A DNA stretch of 64,000 bases from Octopus vulgaris (Eukaryota), in contig OX597821.1 in the NCBI GenBank assembly GCA_951406725.2, positions 102,176,001-102,240,000 of the forward strand, in the 5' to 3' direction. This document shows, in pieces, positions 11,086-25,690 of this stretch. The translations under genes and the position numbers were made by a program. Within the stretch, counting starts at the first letter, position 1, and every line of letters begins with the position of its first letter. The notes under the pieces were generated by a model. That model was not told the origin of the DNA. It saw only the letters and a list, made by a program, of their open reading frames with translations, and searched no databases.

Positions 11086-14000
11086 GTTCTAGATTTTTCT
11101 TTTGTTATATCTTCTTCCAAGTGGAATATGAGTTCAAATATATAAATTGACATGTATTTTCCCCCAAAAAAACGCCATCATCAAAATCTTGCTTAATGAT
11201 TTGGTTGCTAATCTAAAATTTGATTCTGTACCAATTCAATGTTAATCATTTAAAATGTTATGCACAAGCTTGCTATTTCCCAATATATAAATATTGACTA
11301 ATATTACTACTGAAAGTGAATAAGCAGAAATTAATTCTTTTGTCTCAGTGTTTTTGCTATGGAAGCAGCTGTTCATGTTGAAATGTTGTGATTACTTCCC
11401 TTGCTAATTTAGTTGAGCTATTTTTAAGTTGTTTTAAATGGGAAATATATTTTCTTTTTTCAGAATTATGTATGTCAAATTAAACTGCAAATTGTACTAT
11501 TCTAATTTGCTTTTCAAATCTATCATCAATTTTGTTCTAAAGCCCTACTACAAACAGCATGGATTGTTACTGTCTTGTGTTGATTGTACCAAAGGCAGTA
11601 AGAGCTATGTCCAACCCCACTAATTACCTGATAGAAACGTTTAGTGGCAACAGATTGTGAATGCCCTACTCCTAAATACTTAAAATGAGTTATATTAACT
11701 CCACTACTCAGGTCTTCATCATCATCCTTTAACATCTGTTTTCAGATAAACATGATGATGAAGACCTGTGGGTAGTAATTATTAAATTTAAATCCTGAAG
11801 TTGGATTTCTACATTTTCTGTAGCTTGCAGTAAAGTTCTCCTTGAATGTTAATATTTAAGTCACTGTTGTCTGCAAGCTTACTGCTTAAATGGATGATAG
11901 TTTTGACAAATTAGTTATATCTGTAAATACATTTTGATAATCTTGCTTAATGTATTTTCTAATTTCTGCATTTATGCCTATTTCAGCTAATATTAAGGAA
12001 ATCGAAGTCAATGTAATCAGTTTGGTCAGTGATAGGTTCCTTAAAAATATATTACATACACTTGAGAAATATCAAATGAAATTTTCAAAAATTTAGTGAA
12101 TTTCTTATCAGTCTTAGTAGTAGAACAGTGTTTCTTGTCATAAGATAGCTCAACTCTTTTTGATATCAATCCACCTGAGACTGCTTCTGGTCCTATGATG
12201 CAGAATCTCAAGCGTTCATATTTATATCAAAACATCTGATAATAGATTTATGTAAGGATTTTTTAAGTTCTTCGGATACAAGTTTAATAAAACCAAAATT
12301 GTTTTATTAAACTATTTCAAACTCTTGATGATTTTCAAAATAAATTGAAACTCAAAAGTTAAATATATTTGAGTATGATTAGCAGTGAATGCACTCTGAA
12401 GTCAGTTTAGTTCAATATGAGTTGACTTTGTCTAAAATTTGTTTGCGTGTAACGATCAACTCATCAAGGTCTTTAATACAAAAACCTATCTTGTTCTTCA
12501 CAGCAAGTCCATCACTAGTTTTAGTCTAACATCACTATTTAATAGGAAACACTGGAATAAAAAATAATAATAATAAAAGTAACCTTTCTCCATGAAAGAT
12601 TTCTCCCTTTGTAACACTTTTTAAATGCAATTTAATAATGGGTTCAAGTTTGTGGAATATCATACTAGAAACAATTTGGAAATTTCTGAATCTCAGAACT
12701 ATATTCCAACTGAAATGGATTGACATCACCAGGGTTACAAATCAAGTTACTGCCATATAAGGCATGTAATATATTAGCCAGTATTAGTATCATTACCTTG
12801 TACTCAATCATGCATGATATATTAAGGAACACTACTAGTGGCTAATATGAATATGACTATAGATATGAGTTTGGTTAGATTTTACTTGCTCAAAGCTTCA
12901 TGCCTAATTAAGCAATTATTGTTCTGCATGTGGTTTGAGGGTAATGTTGTTTAGCCCAACATCGGCCTCATATTATCTACAGTCAAGCTCATACCAGTTG
13001 TATTCATTTTGTTTTGTTCAAGACATTGTGTAGTTTGGATGACATTATTCAATAAATCCTGTTCTTACATTTTTAAGATAGTTCAATGTGATTTGAGAAA
13101 AATTTAATTTTTTTCTAATAGACTAAGTAACCAGATAGTCACTTTTGATAATAGTTTTTATCAATTGTAGTTTCTGACCTTGTTTTATTTTAATTGTAAG
13201 GGCTGATTATTGTGATAAAAGCTCTTCAAAGAAAAATTAACTAATTTAACTTTAAGTTTACAGTTTACTATTTAATGAAATATTTTTTTTTAATTATACT
13301 ATATTATTAATGAATTAATAAATGTAATGTGCAGGAAGAGGTTTTATAAACTATTTCAATGACATCTTTGTTGTTGTCTAAAAAAAAAAAATGTATAGTG
13401 CTGGGTGGATAACAATTATACTCTAGTTCCAATGGTGAAAGAGGACCTTGTTATGAACTTGAAATTTTGATTCAGCTCAGTAAATTGATTTTTAGTTAAC
13501 TATAACCATTTGCTTATACTAAATTCATCATCATCGTTTAACGTCTGTTTTCCATGCTAGCATGGGTTGGAAATTATTAAAATGATGCTCAGCACAGTGA
13601 TAGAAAATAAGATAGAAAGAAGTTGTAATTTACATGGAAAACATTTCATTTAAATAAAGGTCACTAGCCTATTCCTAGTTTACAAATAAGCCATTATCAA
13701 GCACAGGAAATGTGGCTCTAAATGAAATCTAAACTTTCTATTTAGAGTGCATTAACAGTTAGTTATGTCATCTGTCTTCCCCATTTATATATTTAGGTTT
13801 TCCATAGAAAACCGAATATTTATTTTAAAGAAATAAAATTCCACACTCCTCAATTTTATTTCTGTTTGGTTCTGATTGCTCTGATTAAATGAAATCGTTA
13901 TTTCTATGCACGGTGTAAACCTCTCTCTCTCTCTCTCTCATTCTCTCTAGATGTACACATGAAAGTGTGTTTGTGTGTAGATGCATGCATCACTGAGTGG

Positions 14001-17000
14001 TTATGAAGTTTGTTTCACATTCAAGAGGTCCTAGTGCATTGCATCATGGGTAAGTGTCTTTTATGTCTACCCATTTTCGTTCACAAGCTTTGTAACTGAA
14101 ATTGGGTAGACAGAAGCCTGTTGAATGGACTGTACCTACTTCTAAGATCCAGCCTTGTCAAACAGTCATGCTGATTCTGCCTGAGAACTTCTTGAAGAGT
14201 ACAAGTGCCTATGGTATACCCAGCCACTTCTACTAAATTTTGATGAGTAAGCATTTCAGTTGATTAAACAGCTGGTATACTCATTACCAAACCCAGAGAT
14301 TTTTTTTACTTGAAAAGATGTGGGTGGTTTACACTATATATTAAAACTGGATGAATGTATGTATCCTGAAAGCTATGAGATTAAAGTGCATTTCTGCAGT
14401 TATGTAAATATTTACATGTTAAATTATATGATTTACATGAACAAAATGCTGCTGTAGGCTTCCTCAGTCCTTCAAGCATAGTACCAATCACAGCCTGTCT
14501 AATAGAAGTTTTTATTAACCAGTCATGAGGACAAATTATTGCTGATTAATTGAAAAGTCTTTGCTCTTGAAGTGTTTCCTGTATGCCAACAGTAGAATAG
14601 TATAAAAAAATAGCAACATCATAAAATCTTATTGTATTTTATGACAGGTCAAGAATTTGCAAATTTTAAAGGGGTCTTGAGGTGGGAGTGTCAATCTTCT
14701 ATTGTCGGACAAGTTGGATGTGTGTAACATTAGATGTCTGTCGAGTGAGATTGGTAAAATTGATTTTGTAGTTTTGTTAACTGAAGCAAAAATTGTAATA
14801 GATCTGGTATAAAGACAGTACCTTAACAGGGAGCAAGATTTGAACTCTGTAAGCAATAAGAGACTCAAACCAGTCAGTTAATAATCAATGCAGTTCAGTA
14901 ATATCTTGTGCATGTTATGAATTTGATCTTCAAATTAGGAAAATTGTTGCTAAGAAACTTCTGAGATGTTGAACTAGCATAGCCTTTTACTGCTACTGTC
15001 TGCTTTCTTGCTATTATCAAGGGTGGATAGGAGAATTGGTATCGTGTTAAACACAGTGCCTTGTGGTGTTTTATTCTGACTGCTTATATCCTGAATTCAA
15101 ATCCCACTGGAGGCAACAGTGCCTTTCTCTCTCTCCCAAATTTGAGCCTATGCTGAAAATCTGTATTATTACTGAGGATTAAGACAGCCAACTGGCAGAA
15201 TTGTTAGCACACTGGGAATAATGCTTAGTGGCATTTTGTTCATCTTTACATTCTCAGTTTTAATTCTGTTGAGGCTGATTTTACCTTTCAATTTTTGGGG
15301 GTTCTACAGAATAAGTACCAGTTGAGCATTGGGATTGATGTAATCAGCTTACTCTCACTCCAAAATTGCTGGCCTTGTGTCAAAATCTGAAGCCAATATT
15401 GAGGATGGTGAATAGCAGAAATAGTAGAGCTTAGGATAAAATTTACTTATATGTATTTAAATTCTTAATTAGATCCAATTTATTTTTCATCCTTTTTGGG
15501 GTCAAATCAATACACTATACCCCTCCCTTTGGGTTTCTGACTTTGTTGCGGCTGCCAAAAGTTCTTATAGTTAATGTTATAATAGTATCAATATCATAGT
15601 GTGTCAATCTAGTCTGGAATGGTATTACAGTAGTACCAAATTTCTCGGTATTGTCTTGAACACAAATCCGAATCATCTCTTTATATAACTAATATCCTTG
15701 GAAAAGCATGAATATTACAATTTCTTGAAGCTCTCAGGTTTCTTATCTGTGTGTGTATGAAACAGTTATTATTACTAGATGGTAAATATAAAAAGATATA
15801 ATGAAAAACTAAAATTCATGCTTAATAGTATTGTTTCATGCCACATTATTTTCAGTTTGAAACCAGTGCATTTTGACTTCACTCTGTTGTGTTTACAATA
15901 ACAAAAATTGTTACATCAACTCAAAAGAAATTTATTTGGTTTAGGATTTTAAATGTAGGTTAGTAAATTCAGTTTGTTTTCAAGAATAACAAATTTTGTC
16001 TGGTTATATAAATTAGAATTATTAGAATAAAAGGAATTACCCAAATACTTCTTTTCTCAAGTTGGCAATAATGCTTCAGAAGCAACAACCTCCAAAATTA
16101 GTTTATTTTGTGTATGAGTGTACATGCACTTGCATCTATGTGAATTGTATATCTGTGTATGCTTACATTAACATCCAGAAACAGTTTTTAGTAGTTTCAA
16201 CTAATATAGATTTAGATATTTGGCATTTATCCTCATCTCTCTATTATTCAAATCTATTAAATGTTAGTGTTTCTTTAAGCTTATTTATTTAATGCCCATC
16301 TTCTGGGTTTCTTCCCCATCCCTTTCATACCTACCTACTTTGTATGTTGCAATTTTGATAACTATTCATTCAGAAATTTTATATACCTTTCTGAAATAAT
16401 TTACTTTATTTTCATCTTTTGTCCCTTTGCCAACATTTCTTTCTTTCCACCCCACCCCCCTTATATTTTAAATTTTTTCACGTCATAACTTCTATGTAAA
16501 AACCATTTTCTCAAACTAAGCAATAATTTTATTATTCTTTCTTATATTATTATTTCTTTAAAATAATTCCTTTATTTAATCTATCATAGGCAATGTTATG
16601 TGCTACTTTTGTTTCTATCAGCAGGGGGTTTCTTTTTTGATATTTATATTCTTAGAAACAAATAAGTGTTTTGTTTTTTAATTTCATTTTGCTTTCTCTT
16701 TTATTTTCTCTCTCAAGTCAATGTTTGAAGTTCACACATCTTCACCTGGTTCTTAAATGAATTGATTGATTTATATCCTTTATATTTCATTCATCTTCCA
16801 TATGAGTAAAAAGGTAGTTAAAATCTATTTTGTGCAACAAAAAGTAAAAAATATTTAATTACCAATACCCTCAAACCTGATTACCCAAATCTGTGTTTGG
16901 TAATAAGGCTACTACTCATTTATAAATCTCCTCTTAATCTTTCTATTTTCATGCTAGGTCTATATCTACATGTCTCAGTAGTCATAAAAAGACTTTGTGG

Positions 17001-18919
17001 CTGGTAACTTTAAATTCATTTTCTACATGGTTAGTCCCTTTTTATATCAAAACCAATCTACTTGATGAAAATCAGATTTCTCATTCAAGGCCTCACCCAA
17101 TTTCTGTGTTGGTGTGAAAGGATAGCATGATGCACTTTAGTTGTAAAAGTAGACAGTGTTTGGAAGCAGGGTGTTAAATATATTAAAACAGTACAAACTG
17201 GAATTGTTCCTTTATTAATATTGCTACCTTTGCTTAGTATTTTTTAAAAAACAAGAAAACTTGGAAAAAAAAAAAAGAAGAGAAGAAAAATATATCTACA
17301 GAAAAATTGCCTATAATAACTGCTGATGTCCAACTTAACCAAAGATTACAGGTAGAATTTATTGTTTTATAGATACTTTTTATTGAATCTATTTCTGAAA
17401 CTCTTAAATATTCTTAGGGTGTAAATGTTTAAATTAATCATTTGATGTGTGTAGGTATATTTTAGTCTTTTATCAAATACCTTGATAAGCTCTTACCTTT
17501 CAAGTTTCATTATTTTATTTATTTTTTTTCTTTATGTATATTTTTTTCTCCTTGAAGAAATAATAAAAGTATCAAATAGAGGAACTACCTGCCACATGAA
17601 CATTTTTGAAGATTTGGTGCTCTTAAAACATTGTCTAGCTGGTTGAATGTTGACCTCTCCTATTTAAACTTACTGGGAGATGCCTTGCAGAGGACGAATG
17701 CATTGCCTACAAAGAGTGGGGGGTGGGAGGTAGCCAATATCTTCATCACTGTCAGTTTCCAGTCCACTTAAAATTTCCCCTCTCCGGCCTTTTTAAATTT
17801 GTTCCATTCCCTATTCTTACCCTTTATCTCAGAAAGTTTATTTTTAAAGAGAAAGGAGAATATTTGGAAAATATGAAATGAAATCATTGGATTGATAGGG
17901 AAATGGATTTTTTCCTTTTTTTTTTCTTTTTAAACAAAATGAAATACAAAGAATTACATAAAATAAACAAAATTCCTGTGATAAAAGTAATGGTATGACT
18001 TTATAATTAATATCTTCATTGGCATTTGGAGGTGTATACAAAACGGCGAAAATAAATATACCCTAAAAATTGGAGAAAATAGTCGACTGCTACTCATTGA
18101 ATACATTTTGTATGCAGTTAAAACCATTTTTTTTTTTTTTTTCAAAAAAAAAATATTCAATATTATATCAATGTCTTAAATAATCTTTGTTACATGGTTA
18201 AAAAAAAAAGCTAACGTTCATTTGAAAATGCTTTAAAAAAAAGGCGAAATAGAAAAAAAAAAACTTTCTCTTTCTATTGAAAAATTAATATTCTATTCTA
18301 GTTGGCTTGCATCATCCTTGGTTCCCTATGTAAACTACTTTGCTCATCTCATTTCTGTCTCTATAAAATGATGATGATGTCTCAATTAATATGCATGATG
18401 AAAAATTCTTTTGTCTTTTTTTTTTTTTTACTCTTGGGTTACTTCCCCTGACTTATCAGATCGGTTATTTCTCCACTCTTCTACTCCCTATCACCCTACC
18501 CACCCAGTAAAAAAAAAAACCCACCCATTTCTAACCAGTTTTAGTCAGTTACATTACTACAATTTATAAGGCAGTCTCATTTGCTGTAGCTCTCTTTGTT
18601 ATCCATTAAATGTCTCCTTTTACCTACTTACATATTGAAAAACAGCTTTAAATTGCCCACTCTCTTCTTTATCTCTCTATTGTTTTATTGTTTGTTTTTT
18701 TTTTAAACCTTTAATTTTATTTTATTTTCTATTGCTGAGTTAGCAGACACTATTTTGGGGTCTATTTCATTAATAAAAAGCCAAAAAAAGAAACAAAATA
18801 AAAACAAAATGAAAAAATAAATATGAAATGGGGGAGCAAGAACTGCTTAGAAACTTATGTGTATGTATGTATGTATGTTGCGTGTCTTTCTCATAATTTT
18901 TGCCATGTTCTAATCAGAT

Positions 18920-18952
<33 letters not shown>

Positions 18953-19840
18953 CACTTGGAGAAAGAAAGGGAAAAGCTAAGTGGAGTAATGAAACAGAAG
19001 TACTTGACCAAATGGTTTGACTGATTGGTGTTCACAATAATATTGTAAATATAAATATATATATTGAAATAAGTTGACAGTCCTAGGGAAGAAGAGTAAA
19101 CTGTGTTTTGCTGGCTTTGCGACGCGTGGTCGCTTTCACAAGGAATAACATTTAGCGCGCAAAAAAATAATAAAAAAATAAATTGGGGGGAGCCAAAAAA
19201 AAAAACAGCTGGTGGAAATGATATATATGTGTGTATGTGTGTGTGTATATATACACATACATGGTCAGTAATGGCTGCGTGTGCATGTGTATGTGTATAT
19301 GAATGTATATATTTGTATATATACATTTGTATGTATAAATGTGTGTATAGATATATAGACACACACACACGTATATATATATATATATATATAATGCAAG
19401 ACATTTATGTAAATAAATTTTTAAAAAGAAAAAAACCCAAAAACTTGATATAAAATTGATAGTTGGCCATTTGTAAGCTGCTTTGCTGTGTAATTCTAAA
19501 TGTCTATTCACTTAACAAGAGGCACACGCCACCATTTTTAACAAGAAAGAAGAAGAAGAAAAAAACAATTATGAGAAAATTTGAAGACAAAAAAAAAAGT
19601 AATAAAACCTTGCAATTTGACCGTTGGTGCCGGGCAAATTATCCACAGAAGGAAAAAAAAGTGACAGCTGTCTCTTGAGTGGCAGCCAACCTGGACTTGG
19701 TTCTGTGTATCTCTGCTGAGAAAGAAAGCCAGCAAAGTAACTGACCACCAGTTTACAAGTGCTCTCAGTTGTCTCCCTTATGTAAGGAGTGTATGTAGTT
19801 AGCCTGTTTTTTTCTTTGTATATCTTAGAGACTGGTTTCC

Positions 19841-19890
19841 AATAAACCCGTAAATGAAATCCTTGTTTTCTTTTATTTTGTGTGTGTTTA
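19841..19890 (+). promoter_or_regulatory. Candidate distal polyadenylation site
   Basis: AATAAA at 19841-19846 followed about 20 nt later by a T/GT-rich element (ttgttttcttttattttgtgtgtgttt). It closes a SINE-free, UTR-like block. Confidence 0.45.
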
Positions 19891-22803
19891 TGAATTTATT
19901 TTTCTTTCACATTGAATTCTTTTTTCACTCATTCTTTTAATATTGTTTTAACTTGAAAGAAAGCTTTTGTAATTAAAATGTTTTTTTTTGTTATAAACCA
20001 ATATTTTCTCTCCGATACATATAAAATGGATTATTGGATAGTTGGAACATGTAAAGAAAATTAATTCGGTCCAATTATACAATCTTATGTATCTACATAG
20101 TTAAAACACACAAAGCAAATGTTAAATTGCTTGTTTACTCATCACTGGAAGTATTTTAATGAATTCACACTATGACAATTGAAGCAGTAGGGTTGTCAAC
20201 CCTAAAGACAAGTCTTTCCAATAAAACCTGTTGAAACCTTATCAACATGCATGTATGTGATATATAGTACTTTTACAAGAAGCCTGGTGACAGTGACTTC
20301 GAACTTTTGGTCTGCTAAATTTTGTTGGACTTCACCATGGTATGATGAAAGCTAGCTGAAACTTCAAAGTCACAAGTAAAATAAATATATACTTTGCAAA
20401 AAGTATCAAGTTCAGTTTCATGTTGAACTGTTTTAAGTGCTAAAATTTGTTGAGTATGTAGGATATCTTATCTGTGCTTAACGGTTTAAACTGTTGCAAT
20501 TATGTTGTCATTGAGTTACTTTGTACAGAAGGACCCTGTAAAATGCTAAGTCAGAAGCTGTTGCAGATCTCTTTCTTTGACACTTAAGTTTTCTCTTCCT
20601 GATTATTCCCTAACCTCTTCTCTCTTCAGAAAGTTTTCTCTTTTCGCTTTAGCTGTCAACAAACAAAGTAAGTAAAAGACCATTTTGTAATTGTCAGTGC
20701 TGTTATAGAAAGATAATCAATATTGATTTTTCTTACATTAGTTCAAGACTGCAATTTTTTTTTTTTTTTTTACAGAAGATGGATAATTTATTAATTTCAG
20801 CTCCAATTCATCACCAGTACTTATTTTATCAGTTTTTGAGTGAAGGTCTGTTAGCAACAAGGATGTGAACAGAATGAAATAACGTAATGCACTCAATATT
20901 ACATGTTGCCACTACTCCACGTTTCAAATTTTGGCACAAGGCCAGCAATTTTGTGGGAGAAGGAAGTCAATTGCATCACTCCCAGTGTTCAACTGATGCT
21001 TATTCTATTGATGCCTGAAAGGATAAAAGGCAAAGTTGACCCTGATGGATTTTGAACTTGCAACATTAAGTCTGAAGAAATGCTGCTAAGCATTTTGTCT
21101 GGTGTAGTAACGATCCTGCCAGCGCACTGCCCCTAGATTCAAGATATTAAAATTCAAAGCTAATACTCTGAAATTTGTAATTTACATCTTGTTGGTTCCT
21201 TAACCTTCTTGGTACCATATTTCTGTTGAGATACTCTGTATTTCTTAGAATTTATTAAAATTATCATTAAGCTAGGAACATCAATTGTAACTAAGGTTTG
21301 GTGGAAGATTTTAACTCAGAACTTTTGGAAATGAGACATTTGTACTACAGAACCAGTAGCAATTTTTAGGTGGGTTGGTATCAGTTAAATACTGAACATG
21401 GACAATCACCAGATTGTGCACAGTACTCTGTCCATTTACTGCACTATCTAAGCATAATAACTGAAGTAGCTCATGTAGAACTCTTGTATTCATTAAATGA
21501 TACTTAACCTCTCACCAGATTGAGTACATTTTACTGATTCTACCAAAAGCAAACAATACTATACATACAGGAAGTACTTTGTCCAATACGTTCTTTTATT
21601 TGTTAATATGGTTTGGAATTTGGCAGCTATTATCAGATATAGCAACTATGTAGAAGAGCTCTCATTAAAACAAAGGTCTGTATGTAATGAATGTTGCAGT
21701 TTGTGAAAAGAGAAACGAGGTGTAGGTTGGCAAGAAGAGATAGATGAACAGGTGGAGTGAAACCAGTAAGGTTGCATATGATGAAAGACTAGTGGAAAGT
21801 TTTGATGCAGATAAAGACTGTATTTGCCACTAGAAATTTAAAGGTGTCAATGTGTGGTAAATTAAAAAGAGGAGTACCCCTTTATTGTTGTAATTTGGGT
21901 AATAGCCAAAAGTTAATAACAAGTTAGGAATCGTAATATTTCTTTGCTGTGTTGAAGATCAAGCTTTTGTGATGCAGCATGGTAGCCACTAGCATAAATT
22001 GACTTTCAGATGATTTATGATTTTTTTTTTTTTAAGAATGAATGTCTGCAGGTTTTGTTAAAGCTCTATGCCAGTTCACAGGAGCCTGAATTATGCAATG
22101 TTTTGTCATAAAAACCAACTAGACAAATATGATGCATTTGGTTCTGCCAATTGACTGGTTCTCTCTGACCAGGCCATTAATACAAGGGAGATAACCGTTC
22201 CCTCTATGAAATGGCATTAGAAATTAGAATTTAAAACTGAGGAAGAAGATGCATAGTTCCCATATTTTATTTTGTCTGCTATGAAATTCTTTAAATTTCT
22301 TTGTCGATGGTAATCATGTATAGCACTATTTCATTCTTTTTAGTAATCTTCAACATGACATAACCGTTAATGCCCTAGATTACCTACCTGTGTGCAGGAA
22401 AAAATTATTGGTCTTTTTAAATGTAAAAATGAAAGGTCCTAAACTTTTAGTTTGAATTGATTTTATAATATAACTGATAAACAATAGTGTTAGTTACAGT
22501 TTTGTAAACAGACCAATCATTGCATTTCTGACAGTGACAGGTAACATAATTTGGTGCAAAGGTCTTTGTTTGAAGAACACCAGTTTTGTTTTCATTTTGT
22601 TTTGTTCCTGATGTTTACATCCTTTTACAATTTCTGCCCTCCAAATACCACTCCCAAGTTATTGATTAAAATCAATCTGCAGCTATTGTAGAAGACCCTT
22701 GTTCAAGGTAGTGTGTTTGAACTGCAAACTAACTTTCTTAACCATGTAATGATGTCTTATATATATATAAAATAAATGTCTTTATATATATATATGTAAA
22801 ATA

Positions 22804-22878
22804 AATTACAGCAGTGTTTAGGTATAAGAAACTTTGTTAGAATATGTTTGTGTTTAGAAGTTGAAATATGTCACAAGT

Positions 22879-22917
<39 letters not shown>

Positions 22918-23000
22918 CAGTAGTGTTTAGGTACAAACAAACTTTAGATTAGAATATGTTTGTTTAGAAGTTGAAGTGTATGACAAGTTCGTATATATAT
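22804..23000. repeat. Tandem duplication, unit about 110 bp, separated by (TA)n
   Basis: aattacag(c/t)agtgtttaggta...ttagaatatgtttg...tttagaagttgaa...acaagttc occurs twice. Confidence 0.85.
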
Positions 23001-23078
23001 TTATATTACAAGTAATGTTTGATGACATAAGATAATAGATGTACTTTATTTTAATATATAAGAACAAAATATCAGTGA

Positions 23079-23395
23079 TTAGTTACATCACCTTACATTT
23101 CAGTAACAAAAAATGGTTACATAATACATTTTTGATTAAATAATTTACATTATAAAGTCTTCAGAGATGTGTAACATTACTAGATTGTTGAATTGTTGAC
23201 TGAATTAACCCTCATAGGGATGGGAACAAATGGATGCTATGCATGTGGTGGTTATTTCTATCAACAATTTGACAATTCAGCAATGTAGCATATAAAGGTT
23301 ACACATCTCTGAAGATTTGTCTATACATTTTGATAGTAATTTACATTGTGAAACATTATTTTGTTAAAGAAATGTACGTAAGATGATGTAACTAA
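23079..23395. mobile_element. Foldback/MITE-like long inverted repeat
   Basis: ttagttacatca (23079) pairs with tgatgtaactaa (to 23395). tcttcagagatgtgtaac (23158-23175) pairs perfectly with 23298-23315. aattgttga pairs with tcaacaatt internally. Confidence 0.75.
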
Positions 23396-24494
23396 ATGGC
23401 TTATAAGCAATCTCTTGTTTTTTTGTTTTATTTCCTACATGTACTCTCTGACCTACTCAAACTCTGGTTTCATGCCAAATAATGCAAGTATGATAACAGG
23501 AATGAAAATATACATGGAGTTCTAAATTCTGGTTATTTGTCATGCCATTTTAAATTGGCTCACACACACACACAGGTTATATTCTGTTAAGAACATAGTG
23601 GAGTACAATATAAAGCTCGTCCACCTTCAGATTTCATCCAGTGCTATCCAACAGTAGTATTATACCTACTGCCAGATTTGTGTTGTGTGTGAATGGATAA
23701 TTGAATAAGTTGGAGTCTACAAGGAGTACAGAAGAACATTTATTTGTAATCACTACAATTGTTTCCATGCAATGTAGTTCTCTAGGTTTGCAGGTATTTG
23801 ATTATGTAATTGTTTCACTGCATTATGAGATGTTTCATCAGGTGATATATATATTGTTTCTGTGTTCTGTAAACTTCAATTTTCAACTTCAACTGTATCC
23901 TTTCTGTCTGTTGTGGCTATATGTGGTAGCAGTAACCACTCCATATATGAAAATGCGTGTATGTAGTTAGATATGGATAAAATTATTTCAAGATTTTACC
24001 AAATGTGTAAAAATAGTAAAATACTAAATCAGGTGTGTGGCTATTTTGGAGCATATTTTTAAAATTTATTTTAATTTTTTAATCAATATTTCTTTTTTAA
24101 AATTATTGAAAATTCACTTGTTGATCTCTAATTTAGGATGTAATTAGAATAATGATGGTGTTTGGTTCCAGAGCATTTCTGGTAGAGCAGGCAGATCCAT
24201 GATCAGAAACCTCCCATCTTTGATCATCCCCATCATCTTTCATTGAGACGTAATACATCTAGGACTATATTATCTAACATGTCATTTCTGTTTTTGAAAC
24301 AGCATTTATTTGCGAGAAATTTGACTGTTATTTCTAGCAGATTCAGCAACCTTGTAGAAGCTCCCTTATTGCAATTTTTTTCATAAATGAGGTATGTTAC
24401 CCTTGTTTGGTCTACTTCTGTTTGTTTGAATGCTTTTGACACCCTTGCATAGGGTATTTATCTTTCACCTTCTACTTGCTTCCTTCATCAGACT

Positions 24495-24860
24495 TAGGCC
24501 ATGCTGGAGCATTGCATTGAAGGGTTTTGGTTGATCAAATTGACCCCAGTACATATTTTCATAAGTCTGATTCATAGTCTTTTGCCAAACTACTAACTTA
24601 CGGTGATGTAAACAAACCAATACCGGTTGTCAAGTTGTGGTGGCAGGGACAAACACAAAGATGCACACATACACGCATGCACAAACACACATACATAAAT
24701 ATATGTATATATGACTGGACTCCACACAGTTTCCGTCATATTCATTCACAAGGCATTGATTTACCCAGAGCTGTAGTAGAAGGCGCCCAAGTTGCTGCAC
24801 TGTGAGATTGAATCCATAAGCATATGGCGATGGGGTGAGCTTGTTAACCACACAGCCTTG
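24495..24860 (-). mobile_element. tRNA-derived SINE family A copy
   Basis: Reverse-complement homologue of the intact copy at 39715-40078. Confidence 0.8.
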
Positions 24861-25324
24861 CCTTCACTTATATTTTGAATGTCTGAAGGGAAAAATGCTA
24901 CTATAACATTGAATGGGGCTTTCTCTGGGCAAAAGTTAAACTGTATGAGGAATATGTAAGAGGAATGATGTTTTTATGTATTTCTGAGGTGAGGAATTGA
25001 TGTGGCTGCACTGCATTAACCATTATGCTATGCCTGTAAGCAGTGACTGAATTTTAAAGCCTTATAAACCTCCATTGATGTCTTATGTTGGCTCCATACC
25101 GATTGGATAATGCAATTCTATAATTCTGTCACTGCCTGTGAGTATAGCATAGTGGATAAAAGCATTGGTTAATGCAGTGTAGTCATTTGGTGAATCACAA
25201 AAGACTTGAAGAAGGTTGGAGTACACAACAGCCAAAATGTAGTGAAAGCAACAACCAGGACCAGGATACCAGTTGGACTTAGGTAAACAGTGTACGTAAC
25301 AATAACTTTTGTTTTGGGGTTATA

Positions 25325-25690
25325 GGCACAGGTATGGCTGTGTGGTTAAGATTATTTTGCAACCATGTGGTTTCAGGGTCAGTCTCATTACATAGCACCT
25401 TGGCCAAGTGCCTTCTACTATAGCCCCAGGACAACCAATGCCTTGTGAGTGAATTTGGTTGGAAGAAACTATGCAGAAGCTCACCTTGTGTTTGTGTGAG
25501 TCTTTGAGGCTGTGTCTCACCACCACTACTCAACTGGTGTCTATTTACATCCCCATTACTTTACAATCTGGCAAAGAGACCAATAGAATAGGTACTAGAC
25601 TTTAAATAAATACTGTAGGTGTTTTGTTTGACTAAAAACTTTTTAAGGCGATGCCCCAGCATGGTTGCAGTTCAGTGACTGAAACGAGTA
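25325..25690 (+). mobile_element. tRNA-derived SINE family A copy
   Basis: Head ggtatggctgtgtggttaag, core ccttggccaagtgccttctactatagcc, tail ccagcatggttgcagttcagtgactgaaacgagtaaaa. Confidence 0.8.
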
